DNA from: Eukaryota sp. TZLM1-RC
Lineage: Eukaryota > Protista > Metamonada: BaSk clade
Reading direction: 5' to 3'
DNA: 64,000 nucleotides
Assembly (NCBI GenBank): GCA_040285825.1
Contig: JAUPSS010000001.1
Location: forward strand, 1,984,001-2,048,000
In this document: one piece after another, positions 35,794-48,859 of the stretch
Position numbering within the stretch: position 1 is the stretch's first letter
Layout of the letters: the number at the start of each line of letters is the position of its first letter
The notes under the pieces: model-generated
The model's input: the letters and a program-made list of their open reading frames with translations, nothing else
Told to the model about the DNA's origin: nothing
Databases searched by the model: none
Position numbers and translations under genes: made by a program

Positions 35794-38700
35794 CTTTTTT
35801 CTCACTCACTTTCAACGTCCTCCTTTTTCTTGACTTGAGGTCCTATTGTCGGTTCGATTGAATTCCTCCAGTCTTAATGTCAGACACTCTCAGTGATACT
35901 GACTGGACTGCAAATAGTACCGAACGTGATCTTGACAATCCAACCTCCTCAACCACCAATCGTTCTCATTCTCCCCACCTGTCACTCCATGCTGGAAAAT
36001 CATTGGAAAAAAATTTAAATGAAAATTTTTCTAAACCCCGCCGCAAATGTAGTAAATGTCGAAAATCCGGACATAACATTGCAACTTGTCCGCTTATTCA
36101 AAAGGAAAAACTGAATGCTCGTGCTGCAACTGCTGATTTAAATTTTTCGTTATCACACAATCCTGAAAATGAATTTTTAAGTGAGATTCCCGATAACACT
36201 CCTATCAAAGAAGATCAAAAGGATGAGAAAAATGTGTTTTTTGTCGAAAGCTTGTTGCTGTCAATGATTCCGGTCGACCTTTACTTTTTTGTGATTCTTG
36301 TGTTGCTGCTGATCAGCTACGTTGTCCCATTCGTGTTCCTGCTCAGCTTAGTCCGTTGGCTTCGATACCTTTTGCTGTTGTTCTTCGTGCCTTTACTGAA
36401 AATCTCCGTAAAGGATTATGGGATGTTACGCCTATTTGGAAATTTTTTCTGAAAAAAAAATAAAAAACTTTTATCGAAAAAATCAAATTTTAAAAAAAAA
36501 TGTTTTTTCGAAAGAAAAATTAGTGAGAAAATTAGCTTTAAAAGGACGTTTTGGATCTGCAAAACCATGTTTATTTTCTTCTGATTTAGCTGAATGTAAT
36601 GAAAGCACATTGTTCCAATTGAATCATCTTCATCCGGAAGAAAATTTTCATTGTACTAAACCAGATTCAGTTGATTATTGGCTGCAAAATCCTGTCAATG
36701 CTTCTGAGGTATTGAAACTGATTCAGCAAATGCCTACTGGAAAAGCTCCTGGGCCATCTTTGTTGAATTTTGACATGATCAAATCAGCTGTTGGACAGTG
36801 TCCTGAAATTGCTGATGATCTTGTTCTTTTTTTCAACAATCTTCTTACGTTAAAAATTAAAGTCCCTTTTGAGATGACCAGTGCTCGCTTAATTGCCCTT
36901 AAAAAAAGTCAATCCAAAATCCGTCCAATTGCAATTGGAGAATCGTTTTCAAGAATTCTTGCGTCTCTTGTTTTCAATAGAATTGGGAAAAAAGCCAAGG
37001 AATTTTTCAGTCCGTTTCAATTTGGAATCAAGACAATTGATGGTGCTTCTTCTGCTGCTCTTTCGTCGGATGTGTTTTTTTAATTCTAGTGATTCTAATT
37101 ACATCTTCAATTTAGATTTTAAGAATGCTTTCAATTCTGTATCTCGTTCTTCCATTTTACCTTTGCTGCAAAAGCATTTTCCTGAAGTCGAGCCTTTTTT
37201 CTATTCATTTTATGGAAAATCATCCACATTGGTCTATGAAAACTTTGACCTGCTTTCGTCTTCAGGTGTTAAACAAGGTGATCCACTTGGTCCTTTTTTT
37301 CTTTTTGTCTGGCAATTCATCCATTAATGTGCGAATTGAAAGAAAAATTCCCAGAAATAGATATTGCAGCATACATGGATGACATTTCTGTAATTGCTCC
37401 TATTACAATTCTGAAACAAATAGCAACTTTTATTCAACAGCGTTATGAAGATATTGGTCTCTCATTGAATATCTCCAAATGTTTGATTATTGGCCATGAA
37501 CCAATTGATTTTTTCATTAATGATGTCAATGTCCCCTTTATCAATTATGATCAGTCTGGTTTTCGTTTTTTGGGTTGTTATCTCGGAAATATTGATGAAG
37601 TGAAAGGCCAACTTTCGACTCTGTTGACTCAATTTGGAAATGAATTAGAATCAATAGAGTCAATGGAGTCAAAGCACCGAACAATGAAGATACAGTAGAT
37701 AAACTGAAAATACTTCATCCTTATGAAGACCCTGTTATGGATCAAAATTTTTACGGCACATACTGGGAAAATTATCCATTGATGCCATCAGAAGTTTTTT
37801 CGGTTATCAAAAAGAGACCTCGTGGTAAGTCTGCCGGACTTTCTGGTATTACTATTGATCATGTAAAAGCCGCGATTATTTCTTCAGAAGATTGCCTTGG
37901 TTTATTGACCAAATTTTTCAACCAAATATTATCTGGTCAACGCAAGTACCCAGAAGAATTAAGAAGTTCTCGTTTGACTGCACTTGTCAAAAATTCAAAA
38001 ATGGATGTTCGTCCTATTGCAGTCTCTGAGAGCTTACATAATATTTTTTTCTGCGTGTTGCTTAAGCAGGTTCAATGAAAAAGCTAAAAGATTTTATTAC
38101 CCTTTCAATATGGTATAAATACTACAGATGGAGTCTCTTCAGCGATTTTTGCTACTGATGTCTTATTTCGTCAAAATGAATCCAATGTTTGCATGTCATT
38201 GGATTTTAGTAATGCTTTCAATTCGCTAAGTCGTCGCAGTATCCATGGTGCTCTATTGCAATATATGCCAGAATTAATACCATATTTTCAATCAACATAT
38301 TGCACATATTCTAATTTACATTTTGGTAACAACATTTTGATTTCATCAAGTGGCGTAAAGCAAGGAGATCCGTTAGGACCTCTTTTGTTTTGTTTGGCCA
38401 TTCATCCTATTCTACTGCAAATTCAAGAGATGTTTCCTTCACTAAAAATGATTGCATATATGGATGATGTTGTGCTTATTGGTGAATTAAATATTGTGAA
38501 AAAAAGCAACTGTATGTTTTAAAGAATTATTTACCAAAATTGGTCTCCGACTTAATTTACTTAAATGTGTTTTGTTATCGAATTCTCCAGTTTCCACAAT
38601 AATTGATGATATTGAAATTCAAGCCAAATTATATTCAATTGATGCTATTCGTCATTTGGGTTCGTTTTTAGGAAATAATGATGAAATTACCAAAAAAATT

Positions 38701-41580
38701 GTTTGAAAAGTTGAACTCAATTTCTGACAAAATTGACCGAATGATGAATTTAGATATAAAAAAACACATCAAATTTACCATTATAAGACTGTGTTTTAGT
38801 TCCAATTTTAATCATATATTTCGATCTACAAATCCTCTCGTCACTAGACCTTTGGCTCAAAAAGTTTAATGAGTTACGTGCAAAAGTTCTGTCTCAATTA
38901 CTGGGATGTAAAATGTTTCAAATTCCAGATCATGCTTACCTTAGTCCACAATATGGTGGTTTAGGGTGGACGAAGGCTTCTATTCTTACCTCGTGTGCTT
39001 TTGTTGGTGGATGCAGAAATGCAATCTTTGAGTTCTCCGAAAGATTTGCAGATTGGGAAGATTTATTGATGACAACGCAAAGTTCCACTGTTTTTGCATT
39101 AAATGAAGAAATTTCAAGAATTGATGTAGAAAAATGGGGTCGATGTTTTCCCCAATCATTCAATGGCAATATTCCAGAAAAAATGTTTTAAATTTGAAGT
39201 ACACTCTTCGAACATTACAGAAAAGATTGACTGGAATGTATGAAAAAGATCTTTATAATAATATTTGCAGCTCGGCTGTTTTAAATCAAGATCTTCACTC
39301 ATTGTTATTGGAAAAGGGTGTTTGTGAAAACAAGGTGTCAGATTCTTCACTTTTTGTAACCATTGTACCACGAAGATTTGGATTGTGTGCTACTAATGAA
39401 GCATTTGTAACAAAAATGAGATTATATTTGAACATCCCCATTAACCAATTATTATCAAAAGAAAAATGTATTTGTTCGAATTCACCTCAACTCACTTTGC
39501 GCCATGCTCTAAATTGCTCTAAATTGATAACTTATCGTTCTTCATTACATGATGCTGTTAGAGACACTGTTTTCAATATGGCACAAACTGCAAGGATATC
39601 GTGTATCAAAGAGCCCCTGCTGAAAGAAACACTTTCTCTGAATAATTTTGGTTCTGATGATGGAGGTGATGTATACTGTGATTGGATTGATAATTCTGAA
39701 GCTATTGTTGACTTTGTCTCATGTAATGTTGCAAACGATACTTTGGTTCACAGAAGAAAACTTAATCCTGTGGCTGCTCTGAATTTTAAAGCAAAAGAAA
39801 AACATAGAAAATATGATAAAGAAATTGAAGATGCAAATATCGATAGAAATACACAGCTGGTTTTTATTGCTTTTCCATTTTCGATAAATGGAAGATTATC
39901 AGTTGAAGCAGAAACTTTTTTGGATGACTTCCAAAAAATGGTGAAAGAAAAAACAATGAAAAGATTTGATATTTTTTTATGGCGTTCACGGATTCAATTT
40001 GCCATTGTTAATAGATTACCGCGGTTTTTCAATCGAATTAGAGAAGCTTTAGCTAGACAGCAAGCAAATCAAGATTTTGTAGAGGAAATCTTGGTTTAAT
40101 GATAGTCGTCCCATTAGTTATGATTTAATTTAATCAAGTGTGCAAATTCAATAAATTATATTTTAATCAATAGAAAATTTAAATATTGAGAAACATTTGA
40201 AATTCTTTTTCCTAAAAATCTGTTATTCTGGAAAATTTACTCATATTTTGAGATCTACATCACCATCAATTTCTTTGGAGTTTTGTCGCATTTTTAATGA
40301 GCAAAGAACCAATTTTTTAGCAAAATTATTGGAAATTGATGCATATCAGTTACGAAGCCACATTTTTTGTGGTACAAATTTTGGTGGTGTTGATTTTCAT
40401 AAATCAAGCTACCTTTGTAAAGCTGCCTTTATTGGAGGTGGAAAGAATTTTATTTATGAATTTGTGAATCGTTTTCCTGAAAAAATTCATCTCATTGAAA
40501 ATTGTGGCAGCTGTTATCTTATTTCTTAGCAACAGGAAATTGAAACTCTTTCACCCAATATTTGGGCTAAATGTTTCCCCTCTGATATTGTGGAACTTCC
40601 TTCAAGAAGCTTGCTCTCCTTACCACTGACTTTTGCAAAATTGCAGAAAAAACCTTGAAAGTTTTAGAAAACTTGGATTATATTGTACGTCTTAGCTTGG
40701 CTAAGGAAACAAATCCCGTTTTTGCAAACTTTTTGATTGATCTTGAAGACAGTTGTTCAAGTTGCCTAATCTCCCAAATACCCAACATTTATGGCCTTCT
40801 ACTCAATGATCACCAATGGACCACTGCAATGAGAATGAGATGTTTTCTATGGCCTTATTCATTACCAAATGATTTAATTTGTCGCTGCAAGAGTGTTGTT
40901 ACGCTTTCCCATATTTTAAACTGTAAGTATTTTATAACTTATCGCTCAATTGTTCATGACTCAGTTCGTGATCAATTATATGCCATGTGCAAAAGTTTCA
41001 ATATAGAGGCATTTATTGAGCCACTAGTTCGTAAGCTGTCTTCAGATCAAACTGATGATTCCTTTGGTAAAAGAAGGGCAGATTTAGTAGCTCCAGGGAT
41101 CGATGGAGTTCTCAATGTTGTAGACGTTGTCTCAGTGGATGTTTGCAAAGATTTTGCTGCTCGTTTAGTGTATTCCGCTGACTCGCCGTTATCTAACGCC
41201 GAAAAAAAGAAGATAAAAAAATATGAAGAACCTTTGGCACAGTTAGGTAGAGTGGAACATGTGAAATATCAGTTTGTGCCGTTTGCAATTTCTCTTTTTG
41301 GCAATATTGGACCTTCAGGCTTGCACTTTTTGGAAAATTTTAAAAAAGTGTTACTGAATAGGTCTGGTAAAACAATGAACTCCACTTTCTGGTTAAATAG
41401 AATTGTTTTTTGCATTTTCAAGTCTATTCCAACAATGATTGCAAAGGCACTTTTAGCTATTGGTGTAGAATATGAACGTAATGCTGTGAGTAGGTTCAGT
41501 AATAGTGACGCTTGTTTGGAGGATATTGAATTCTAGGTGGTTATTTTTATCTCAATAAATATTCCAGTTTTTTAAAAAAA
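35794..41580 (+). mobile_element. Apparently full-length family E element (~3.3 kb without the insert): CCHC knuckle-RT-Zn finger-RLE
   Basis: ATG at 35877; CSKCRKSGHNIATC; GKAPGPS, RPIAIGE, DFKNAFNSV, GVKQGDPLGP, YMDD, FLG; RADL..D..K.KKY; poly(A); TSD ACTTTCTGGA at 35784-35793 and 41581-41590. Confidence 0.9.
37659..40164 (+). mobile_element. Family C element (RT + RLE), 5'-truncated, nested in family E
   Basis: RPIAVSE, DFSNAFNS, QGDPLGP, YMDD, CIC..H..NC, K.RKY; TSD AATCAATAGA at 37649-37658 and 40165-40174. Confidence 0.9.
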
Positions 41581-42181
41581 ACTTTCTGGATAAATAGAAT
41601 TGTTTTTTGCATTTTCAAGTCTATTCCAACAATGATTTCAAATGCACTTTTAGCTATTGGTGTAGAATATGAACGTAATGCTGTGAGTAGGTTCAGTAAT
41701 GATGACGCTTGTTTGGAGGATATTGAGTTCTAGATGGGTTTTTTATCTCAATAAATATTCCAGTTTTAAAAAAAATTAATTGGGCGATTTATTTCTGATC
41801 GCCCCAATCAGCCAATTTTTTTGGTGTCCAAAATTTTAGGAAACACGGTACTGCTCTTCCTACAGTTTTGGGTGCCCCAAATTTTAGGAACACGTACCTT
41901 TCCTTCATTTAAAACAAAACAATCATTGACAAAGCATCTTATACACAACATCTTATAATTATTTGAATAAATTGCAAGTATCCGAAGTTTATGTAGTTGT
42001 AAATACAGTATCCCATGTTATGATCACAATGTTTCACTTAATTCATGAATTTGTGGAGGAAATCTTGGTTCACTAACTTGAGTCCCTTTCTATCTGGTTA
42101 TATTTTTTAAAGCTTGAAGTTCAAAGACTAACTTTATATATTTAACTTCCATATAAAAAATTTGAACCTACTCAAAAACTT

Positions 42182-42983
42182 CATTGTACCACGAAGATTT
42201 GGATTGTGTGCTACTAATGAAGCATTTGTAACAAAAATGAGATTATATTTGAACATCCCCATTAACCAATTATTATCAAAAGAAAAATGTATTTGTTCGA
42301 ATTCACCTCAACTCACTTTGCGCCATGCTCTAAATTGCTCTAAATTGATAACTTATCGTTCTTCATTACATGATGCTGTTAGAGACACTGTTTTCAATAT
42401 GGCACAAACTGCAAGGATATCGTGTATCAAAGAGCCCCTGCTGAAGGAAACACTTTCTCTGAATAATTTTGGTTCTGATGATAGAGGTGATGTATACTGT
42501 GATTGGATTGATAATTCTGAAGCTATTGTTGACTTTGTCTCATGTAATGTTGCAAACGATACTTTGGTTCACAGAAGAAAATTTAATCCTGTGGCTGCTC
42601 TGGATTTTAAAGCAAAAGAAAAACATAGAAAATATGATAAAGAAATTGAAGATGCAAATGTCGATAGAAATACACAGCTGGTTTTTATTGATTTCCCATT
42701 TTCAATAAATGGAAGATTATCAGTTGAAGCAGAAACTTTTTTTGGATGACTTCCAAAAAATGGTGAAAGAAAAAACAATGAAAAGATTTGATATTTTTTT
42801 ATGGCGTTCACGGATTCAATTTGCCATTATTAATAGATTACCGCGGTTTTTCAATCGAATTAGAGAAGCTTTAGCTAGACAGCAAGCAAATCAAGATTTT
42901 GTAGAGGAAATCTTGGTTTAATGATAGTCGTCCCATTAGTTATGATTTAATTTAATCAAGTGTGCAAATTCAATAAATATGAT
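42182..42983 (+). mobile_element. Family C copy, 5'-truncated
   Basis: Near-identical to 39361-40157; TSD AAAACTTCATT at 42175-42185 and 42984-42994. Confidence 0.9.
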
Positions 42984-42998
42984 AAAACTTCATTTAAT

Positions 42999-44902
42999 TT
43001 TTTTTACAAAATTTTAATTTTATTCAAAACCTATAAATCAACATCTAAAAAATCCATCTCTCCCAGAACAAAAACACTAGATGCAACTCTCTCATAGTGA
43101 GATCCAAGAGAAAGCAAAGCATCAGAAACCATCTTCAACATCCCCTTAAAAATAGAAAACACAATTCTATTTTGCCAAAACAATCTGTTGAAATTTCTCC
43201 CAGTTCTTCTCTTTACAATCATTTCAAAATCATCCAAAAAACGTAAAGCAGTTGGTGAAAGTGAACCAAAAAGGGAAACTACAAATGGATACAAATTGTA
43301 TTTTGCATGCTGTAGACTGGCCAATTTGGACAAAGGTTCGTTGTATTTTTTGAATTTAAAATTTTCAGCATTTGAAAGGGGATTATGAATTTCAGAATTA
43401 ACTAGCCTTTCATTTGAGGCATTACAAGGATCAACAGACATTACATCCAATAAAATGAAACTTCCATCTAATCCAGGTAATATAACATCACCTCTATTAT
43501 TCTTATGAAAGTCATCTTCAGCATCAAACAGGTTTGACAACAGAGGTTCCAAGAAGGATTCAATTCTATGAGATTTACACATACAATATAACTGGTCTCT
43601 TACAGCATCATGAACTTTGCTTCTAAAAGTAATAAAATGTTTACAATTTAACAAATGAGTAGTTGTAAATTCTCGAGAACATTTACAAATTAAATTATGA
43701 GGGAAATTATCAGGCCAGATAAAGGAACGAAATCTCATATTCAGAGTCCAAGCAGAATCAGTTAAGAGAGTACCATAAACTTGGGGAATTGTTGTTACTA
43801 AGGCAAGAAGAAGAAGAAGTACTGTCACACATATCTTGTAAAAGATTAGCAAAAGCGGGATTCTTTATCTTGGCCAAGCCAAGTCTAACATCAAAATCCA
43901 ATCTTTCAAAAATCTTTGACAATTTTTGTTGAAGCTTTTTACAGCAAAACTGTAAATTAAAAAGAGATCGGTTTGGAATTTCTTGAATTGATTGAGGAAA
44001 ACATTTGGTCCAAATTTGTGGCGGCAATTTTTCAAGTTCACAAGATAACTCATACAAATAAGGACTGCAATTGGGAACTAACAGATGAGAATCATCAGGA
44101 AATCTACGAGAAAATTTATAAATACAATTTTTGCCACCACCCAAGAATGCTGATTGACACAAAATTGAAGATTTAGTAAATCCAATACCACCCAAATTTG
44201 CTGAAGAAAATAAGTGACTTTTCAACATTCTTGGTTGTACATCCAATAAATCAGCAAAAAATTCTGTTCTCAATGAATTAAAAGAACGACAAAAATCTAA
44301 TGCTATGGAAGGAGCACAAGATCTCAAAATATAGGTTATTCTCCCAGTGGAGCAAATGTTAAGCATGAAAAATTTAATATGCTTTTCTATATCTCAAGAA
44401 GAAATTGAATCAAGTTCAATTTTCATTTTTTCCAAAATAACTTGCAATTCATTCTGAATTTGAGGCACGTTTCCTAACTAACAACCAAGGAACTTAAAAG
44501 CATCACTACTATAATTAGTAAAAGGGACAATAGAATCGTTTATCACAAGATCTTGAGCAGAAGAGCCAATCAGCAGGCATTTGCTCGCATTAAGATAAAG
44601 CCCAATATTTCCATATGAATCAACAATTTCTTGAGCAACCAATTCTAGTAAATCAAATGAACCAATCAAGGATATATCATCCATATAAGCAACTATTTTT
44701 ATAGAAGGGTATTTTTGCTTAATGATATTTAAAGTTTTGTGAATAGCTAAACAAAACAATAATGGGCCTAAAGGATCACCTTGCGTCACACCAGAAGATG
44801 ATTTAAGACCAAATGAATTATAAATTAAATCTGATTCTTTCCCATAAAAATGATAGAAAAATCTCGATAGCTCAGGAAAATCAGATTTAATTACTTCAAA
44901 AA
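42999..44902 (-). mobile_element. Family A copy, 5'-truncated within RT
   Basis: QGDPLGP, YMDD, FLG, RLE motifs; poly(A); TSD TTCATTTAAT at 42989-42998 and 44903-44912. Confidence 0.9.
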
Positions 44903-45993
44903 TTCATTTAATCGAAGTAGAAATTTTGATTGTTTCAACACCCCAAAAGGCCCGCTCTAAAAACAGTTTCTACAAAAAGATTTATTGCAATCTATGAAAT
45001 AGTGCACTGAATTTCTCAATCATAACCACCCAATCCCAATGCCCCATTTCTTTCAATTTTTGTTCACAAGGACTCTATTAGAACAATTTATTCTTCCATG
45101 CACAATGAATGACATATTGAATTGATGCCATACTTACTAACAATATAAAGTTCACCCTTCAATGGCTATAACAATGACTACAATGGAAGTCCCATCAAAC
45201 TTACCTCAAATACTTCAAACTATGAGTACGACACGTTATTTTTACATTATCTTGAATAAAAATGTTTTTTGATACATTGAGTTCAATTTTGTCCACAAAT
45301 GAAAAAATACGAAAATAAAAACAATTTGTTTTGTATTGTAATAAAAGTAAAATTGGTTACTGCAATTTTCTAAAAACATTGACTTGTTTCCAACAACTGA
45401 TTAGATACAAGTGAGAACGGTTTCACAAGACCAAAAATTAGAATAGATGAGGAAACACAGGTCAACAACCACATCAGAATTCATTTTAAAAAGGAGTTGG
45501 TTTTGATTATTTGACACAAGCAGTTCTCGCTTTGTGACAATACGAAGCTTTCTGAAAGATCCCGTGTTGCATTAACAATAAGAAGACAGATGTTACCCCG
45601 TCATTTGTTTATCGTTTGTTGATTTTTTGGTTTTGTTTATATACGATTAAGTTACAGGGTGGGATTCAGTTTCTATTTGAGGTTTGTCAAAAAAGATTCC
45701 AAACAATGGAAAGCACTACAATAAGATTCTCGATTTCGTCCGTGGAGGTGATGTCCGTGGAGGTGATGTTTGTTACAAATTTTGTAGCAATAACTTAAGA
45801 AGAACTTTACTCATTATTGTGCTGTAATGGTGTGTCAATGGATCTGGTTCTCTTTAAATTTACACAGATAAATTTCGTTTTAATTTCGTTTAGATTTGGG
45901 TGTGGGAAAAACACAACTGCCACGTCATCATTTGTTATCATTTCAAGCAAAATATCCTGTCCTTAGGCTAGTACCGATCCAGATCGATCATGA

Positions 45994-46617
45994 ATGGTTG
46001 ATATACCGCTTTTTCAAACAGCACGAAGATGTTCAAAAGGTTTGGTGATCATTTTCAAGTACAATACCCAATCGGAATCACCGTTATGCTCTTCTCACCT
46101 TTTTGGTCTTGATCCTCACTACATTGTAGAAGAAGTCATGGCTGATACCATTTTGGGTACAACTATTTCATCACATTACAATATTCCTTCTACTAACGCT
46201 ATTTTAGTTTTTGATCCCTTCACTGGTGCTCTTCTTCAATATTTTTCATTTGAAAATGATTGGAAAGATATCCATCATTATTTAATGAGTCATATACATC
46301 TCTTTCCTGGAGATACTGTGTCGTCTTCACCTTCACGTAAACGAAGGTCTTCTCAACCAACTGTCCCTACCAAAAAATCTCCACAAGAGGCACCTGCTCC
46401 TTGTTTTGAGATCATTGTTCGACAGCTGGATTCAACCGGTTCTCCATGCCGTTTATTATTCCCTTTCAACACCAAGATTAGTGATGTTATGAATGTTTTG
46501 GCACTTAAGGAAGGTCAATCGCTGGCATTTCTCAACAATCCTACACCTTTAGACCCTTCTGTTTCTCTTCTCAGTCTTGGAATGGGGTTTAGGTTTGTTT
46601 TAGTTGTTGTTGATTAG
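45994..46617 (+). CDS. Probable UAS/UBX-domain p97 adaptor-like protein
   Basis: Y.I.S...ILVFDP.TG (UAS-like), a low-complexity linker, then a C-terminal I.VR.....R..F...KISDV...SLLSLGM ubiquitin-like segment. Confidence 0.5.
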   Translation: MVDIPLFQTARRCSKGLVIIFKYNTQSESPLCSSHLFGLDPHYIVEEVMADTILGTTISSHYNIPSTNAILVFDPFTGALLQYFSFENDWKDIHHYLMSHIHLFPGDTVSSSPSRKRRSSQPTVPTKKSPQEAPAPCFEIIVRQLDSTGSPCRLLFPFNTKISDVMNVLALKEGQSLAFLNNPTPLDPSVSLLSLGMGFRFVLVVVD

Positions 46618-47200
46618 TTTGGTCCCTTTTTGGACGGGTCAAACCTTTCGTGTTTTGTCTATTTTATTGAAATTGATTAAATTCAATTCAAATTCATAAT
46701 AACAAAAAGTGAATTGTTACACTTCAACTTAATAATCTCAATGTCACTGATATGTATCAATTTTATCTAATAAAGACGAAAACCTAATTGTATTTTTCTA
46801 TTTCACTTGTTGTCTTGTTGTGTCATATTGAAATAAAGGATGGATTAAATAAAAGTCGATTCATTTTAAGAATTTGATCAAAATATTTAAAAATTGGATT
46901 CACAACAAATTAATTTCTTTTGAATTCAGTCCACATACCTGGTTCACATTGGTCGCTTGAAATATGGTTGAGGTGAAGAAAATCAATTGGTTAGGCATTT
47001 TATGATGCAATGTCAATATAACAAACTCATTGTTATCAGTCGTTCGCTGGTTGGTATCAATAATAGTTCAGACAAGTAATGAAAGCAAAATAAAAGACGC
47101 CAACAACATTTAAATCGAAGAAAAAACTGTAGAAAAGTATAATAAATAAATAAAAAGCAAACTAATTTAAATATTCAAAAAAACTAAAAATAGAAAGCAT

Positions 47201-48838
47201 CTATGCACTAACCTTTGATGGAACTTCACCCTCATCGGCACCCTTTCTCCTCTTCTTTTTTTCCTTCTTTTCCTTTTTCTTTTTCTTTTCTACTGGCTCG
47301 ACAACACCATGCTCTTCGATTACACTTTCTATCTCCTCAATCAAAACCTTATCTTTTTTCTTTTTCTTATCTTTTTTCTCTTTCTTATTCTTTTTCTCTT
47401 GACTTTCAGCTGATTCGACTGCTTCCACTGCATCTCCTTCCATTGGTGTATCCTCCACTTTTTCCTTTTTCTTTTCCTTCTTCTTTTCCTTCTTCTTCTT
47501 ATCTTTTTTCACACTCTTATCAAGGAGCACATCTGAAGCTACATTATATACAGGCTTGGCTTCCTCTACTTCAACTTTCTTAATAACAGCAGGTTTATTT
47601 GTCCTTCTCTTCGCTGCATTATTACCTGTATCGTCCAAATCTGCCAATCTTTCCATTAGCCTTTCATACCCCTTCACTGCCACTGTGGCTTCCGTATCCT
47701 CACTCAACGCATCTACACGTGCAGCAAGAGCAGTCTTGGCAGCAAGAGAACGTGAGATTCTACCTTTATCTTTAGAAGTGGCTTGCCCTACAATAGAAGC
47801 GTGGAAGATTAATCCATATTTAGGAGTATCTGCTTTGCTTCGAAGTGCTCTAAATAACGCTTTTTCTGCACCTATAATTTGAACAGTAGAAGCAGGATGC
47901 TTAGCCAAAGACATTAGGGATCCAGCATGTGCGATAAGTCTCGCACCCACGAGTTCACCTACCATCATGGTAAGATTGGGTGCGACAGCGGCCATACGTT
48001 GACGTAGATAATCATAGAGCTGGGTTCTGTAGAGCGTAAGTTCTTTCACCTGTGTGCACAGAGACTTGATACGAACCATGTCGGTTTCAGAAACTTCCAC
48101 ACCCATGGAGACTGCGGCGGCACTGAGAATACCCTCGGAAATAGCAGGTTCCAAGAAAGAAAGATCAGTGGAGGCAATGTTAGAACGGTGTCCAACAGCA
48201 GAGACAATGTTGATATAAGTGGAGTTATCAGTAACAAGTCTACCAAGTTCGGGGAAATGCCATCCGTACCATTCACGGAGTCGCATGACGTAGATGTTGA
48301 GTTCTTTATCAATGTCGTCCAGAAGAGCAATTGCTTGGATGATCATGGTATCAACTTTATCGGGGGAGAACTTTAGTCGGAATCGGGAAAGGGAGTGCGA
48401 GAGACCGAGGGACATCTTTCGGATGTTGTCCTTGCCAATTTCTTCGAAGAGGACGTCGAGCTGAGAGCGGATCCCTCTGAGGAGTTCCATGACAGTGGCA
48501 TCATAAACACATGGGATGTTGAGAGTTTCCTTGATGACACCACCAAGCTTGGGATCTGCCACAATGAGGTCGTCTGGTAGGTTCTTCTTGACGATTTTTT
48601 TCTTAAGGAACTTGCGCAAAGATTCAGGAAGAGTCGACTCGGAGATAGCGGTTGCTGCTTCAAGTGCTTCGCTGATGTTGTCAAACTTTGAAAAGGCATG
48701 GAGGTCTACGGCTTTGTGAGTTTTGGAGGGGCTTGAGAAATGGTGTTGGATATCTGATGAATCAGCAGAAACAAGGCCCTCATCTTTGAGTCGAAAGAGA
48801 CCAAATCCCGCTGAAGTTTCGAGAAGGACAAGTACCAT
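47201..48838 (-). CDS. NOP58: Box C/D snoRNP protein NOP58
   Basis: MVLVLLETSAG, LGLSHSLSR..LKFSPDKVDTMIIQA, REWYGWHFPEL, GAEKALFRAL, KKE/D tail; ATG at 48838 fits the conserved N-terminus better than 48910. Confidence 0.93.
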   Translation of the reverse strand: MVLVLLETSAGFGLFRLKDEGLVSADSSDIQHHFSSPSKTHKAVDLHAFSKFDNISEALEAATAISESTLPESLRKFLKKKIVKKNLPDDLIVADPKLGGVIKETLNIPCVYDATVMELLRGIRSQLDVLFEEIGKDNIRKMSLGLSHSLSRFRLKFSPDKVDTMIIQAIALLDDIDKELNIYVMRLREWYGWHFPELGRLVTDNSTYINIVSAVGHRSNIASTDLSFLEPAISEGILSAAAVSMGVEVSETDMVRIKSLCTQVKELTLYRTQLYDYLRQRMAAVAPNLTMMVGELVGARLIAHAGSLMSLAKHPASTVQIIGAEKALFRALRSKADTPKYGLIFHASIVGQATSKDKGRISRSLAAKTALAARVDALSEDTEATVAVKGYERLMERLADLDDTGNNAAKRRTNKPAVIKKVEVEEAKPVYNVASDVLLDKSVKKDKKKKEKKKEKKKEKVEDTPMEGDAVEAVESAESQEKKNKKEKKDKKKKKDKVLIEEIESVIEEHGVVEPVEKKKKKEKKEKKKRRKGADEGEVPSKVSA

Positions 48839-48859
48839 GCAATGAGGTGATTCAAAATG

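Larger units (their letters stand above)
35347..41774 (+). mobile_element. Outer 5'-truncated family E copy (35347-35793 plus 41581-41774)
   Basis: Matches 40946-41580; TSD ATTAATTGGGC at 35336-35346 and 41775-41785. Confidence 0.85.
35101..41848. mobile_element. Tc1/mariner (pogo-like) MITE of ~310 bp, split by a 6.4-kb retrotransposon nest
   Basis: Imperfect ~37-bp inverted repeats at 35101-35137 and 41812-41848, each flanked by TA; internal TTGGGCG motifs; a further partial terminal repeat at ~41867-41896. Confidence 0.65.

Noticed and set aside
35794-35876. HDV-like ribozyme in the family E 5' UTR
   Set aside because: The UTR is pyrimidine-rich and I could not build the nested double pseudoknot by eye.
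2386-45930. Exact 16-bp inverted match TGATGACGTGGCAGTT (2386-2401 and 45915-45930)
   Set aside because: The copies are 43 kb apart with no flanking similarity, and one such match is plausible by chance; at most a bZIP-type site.
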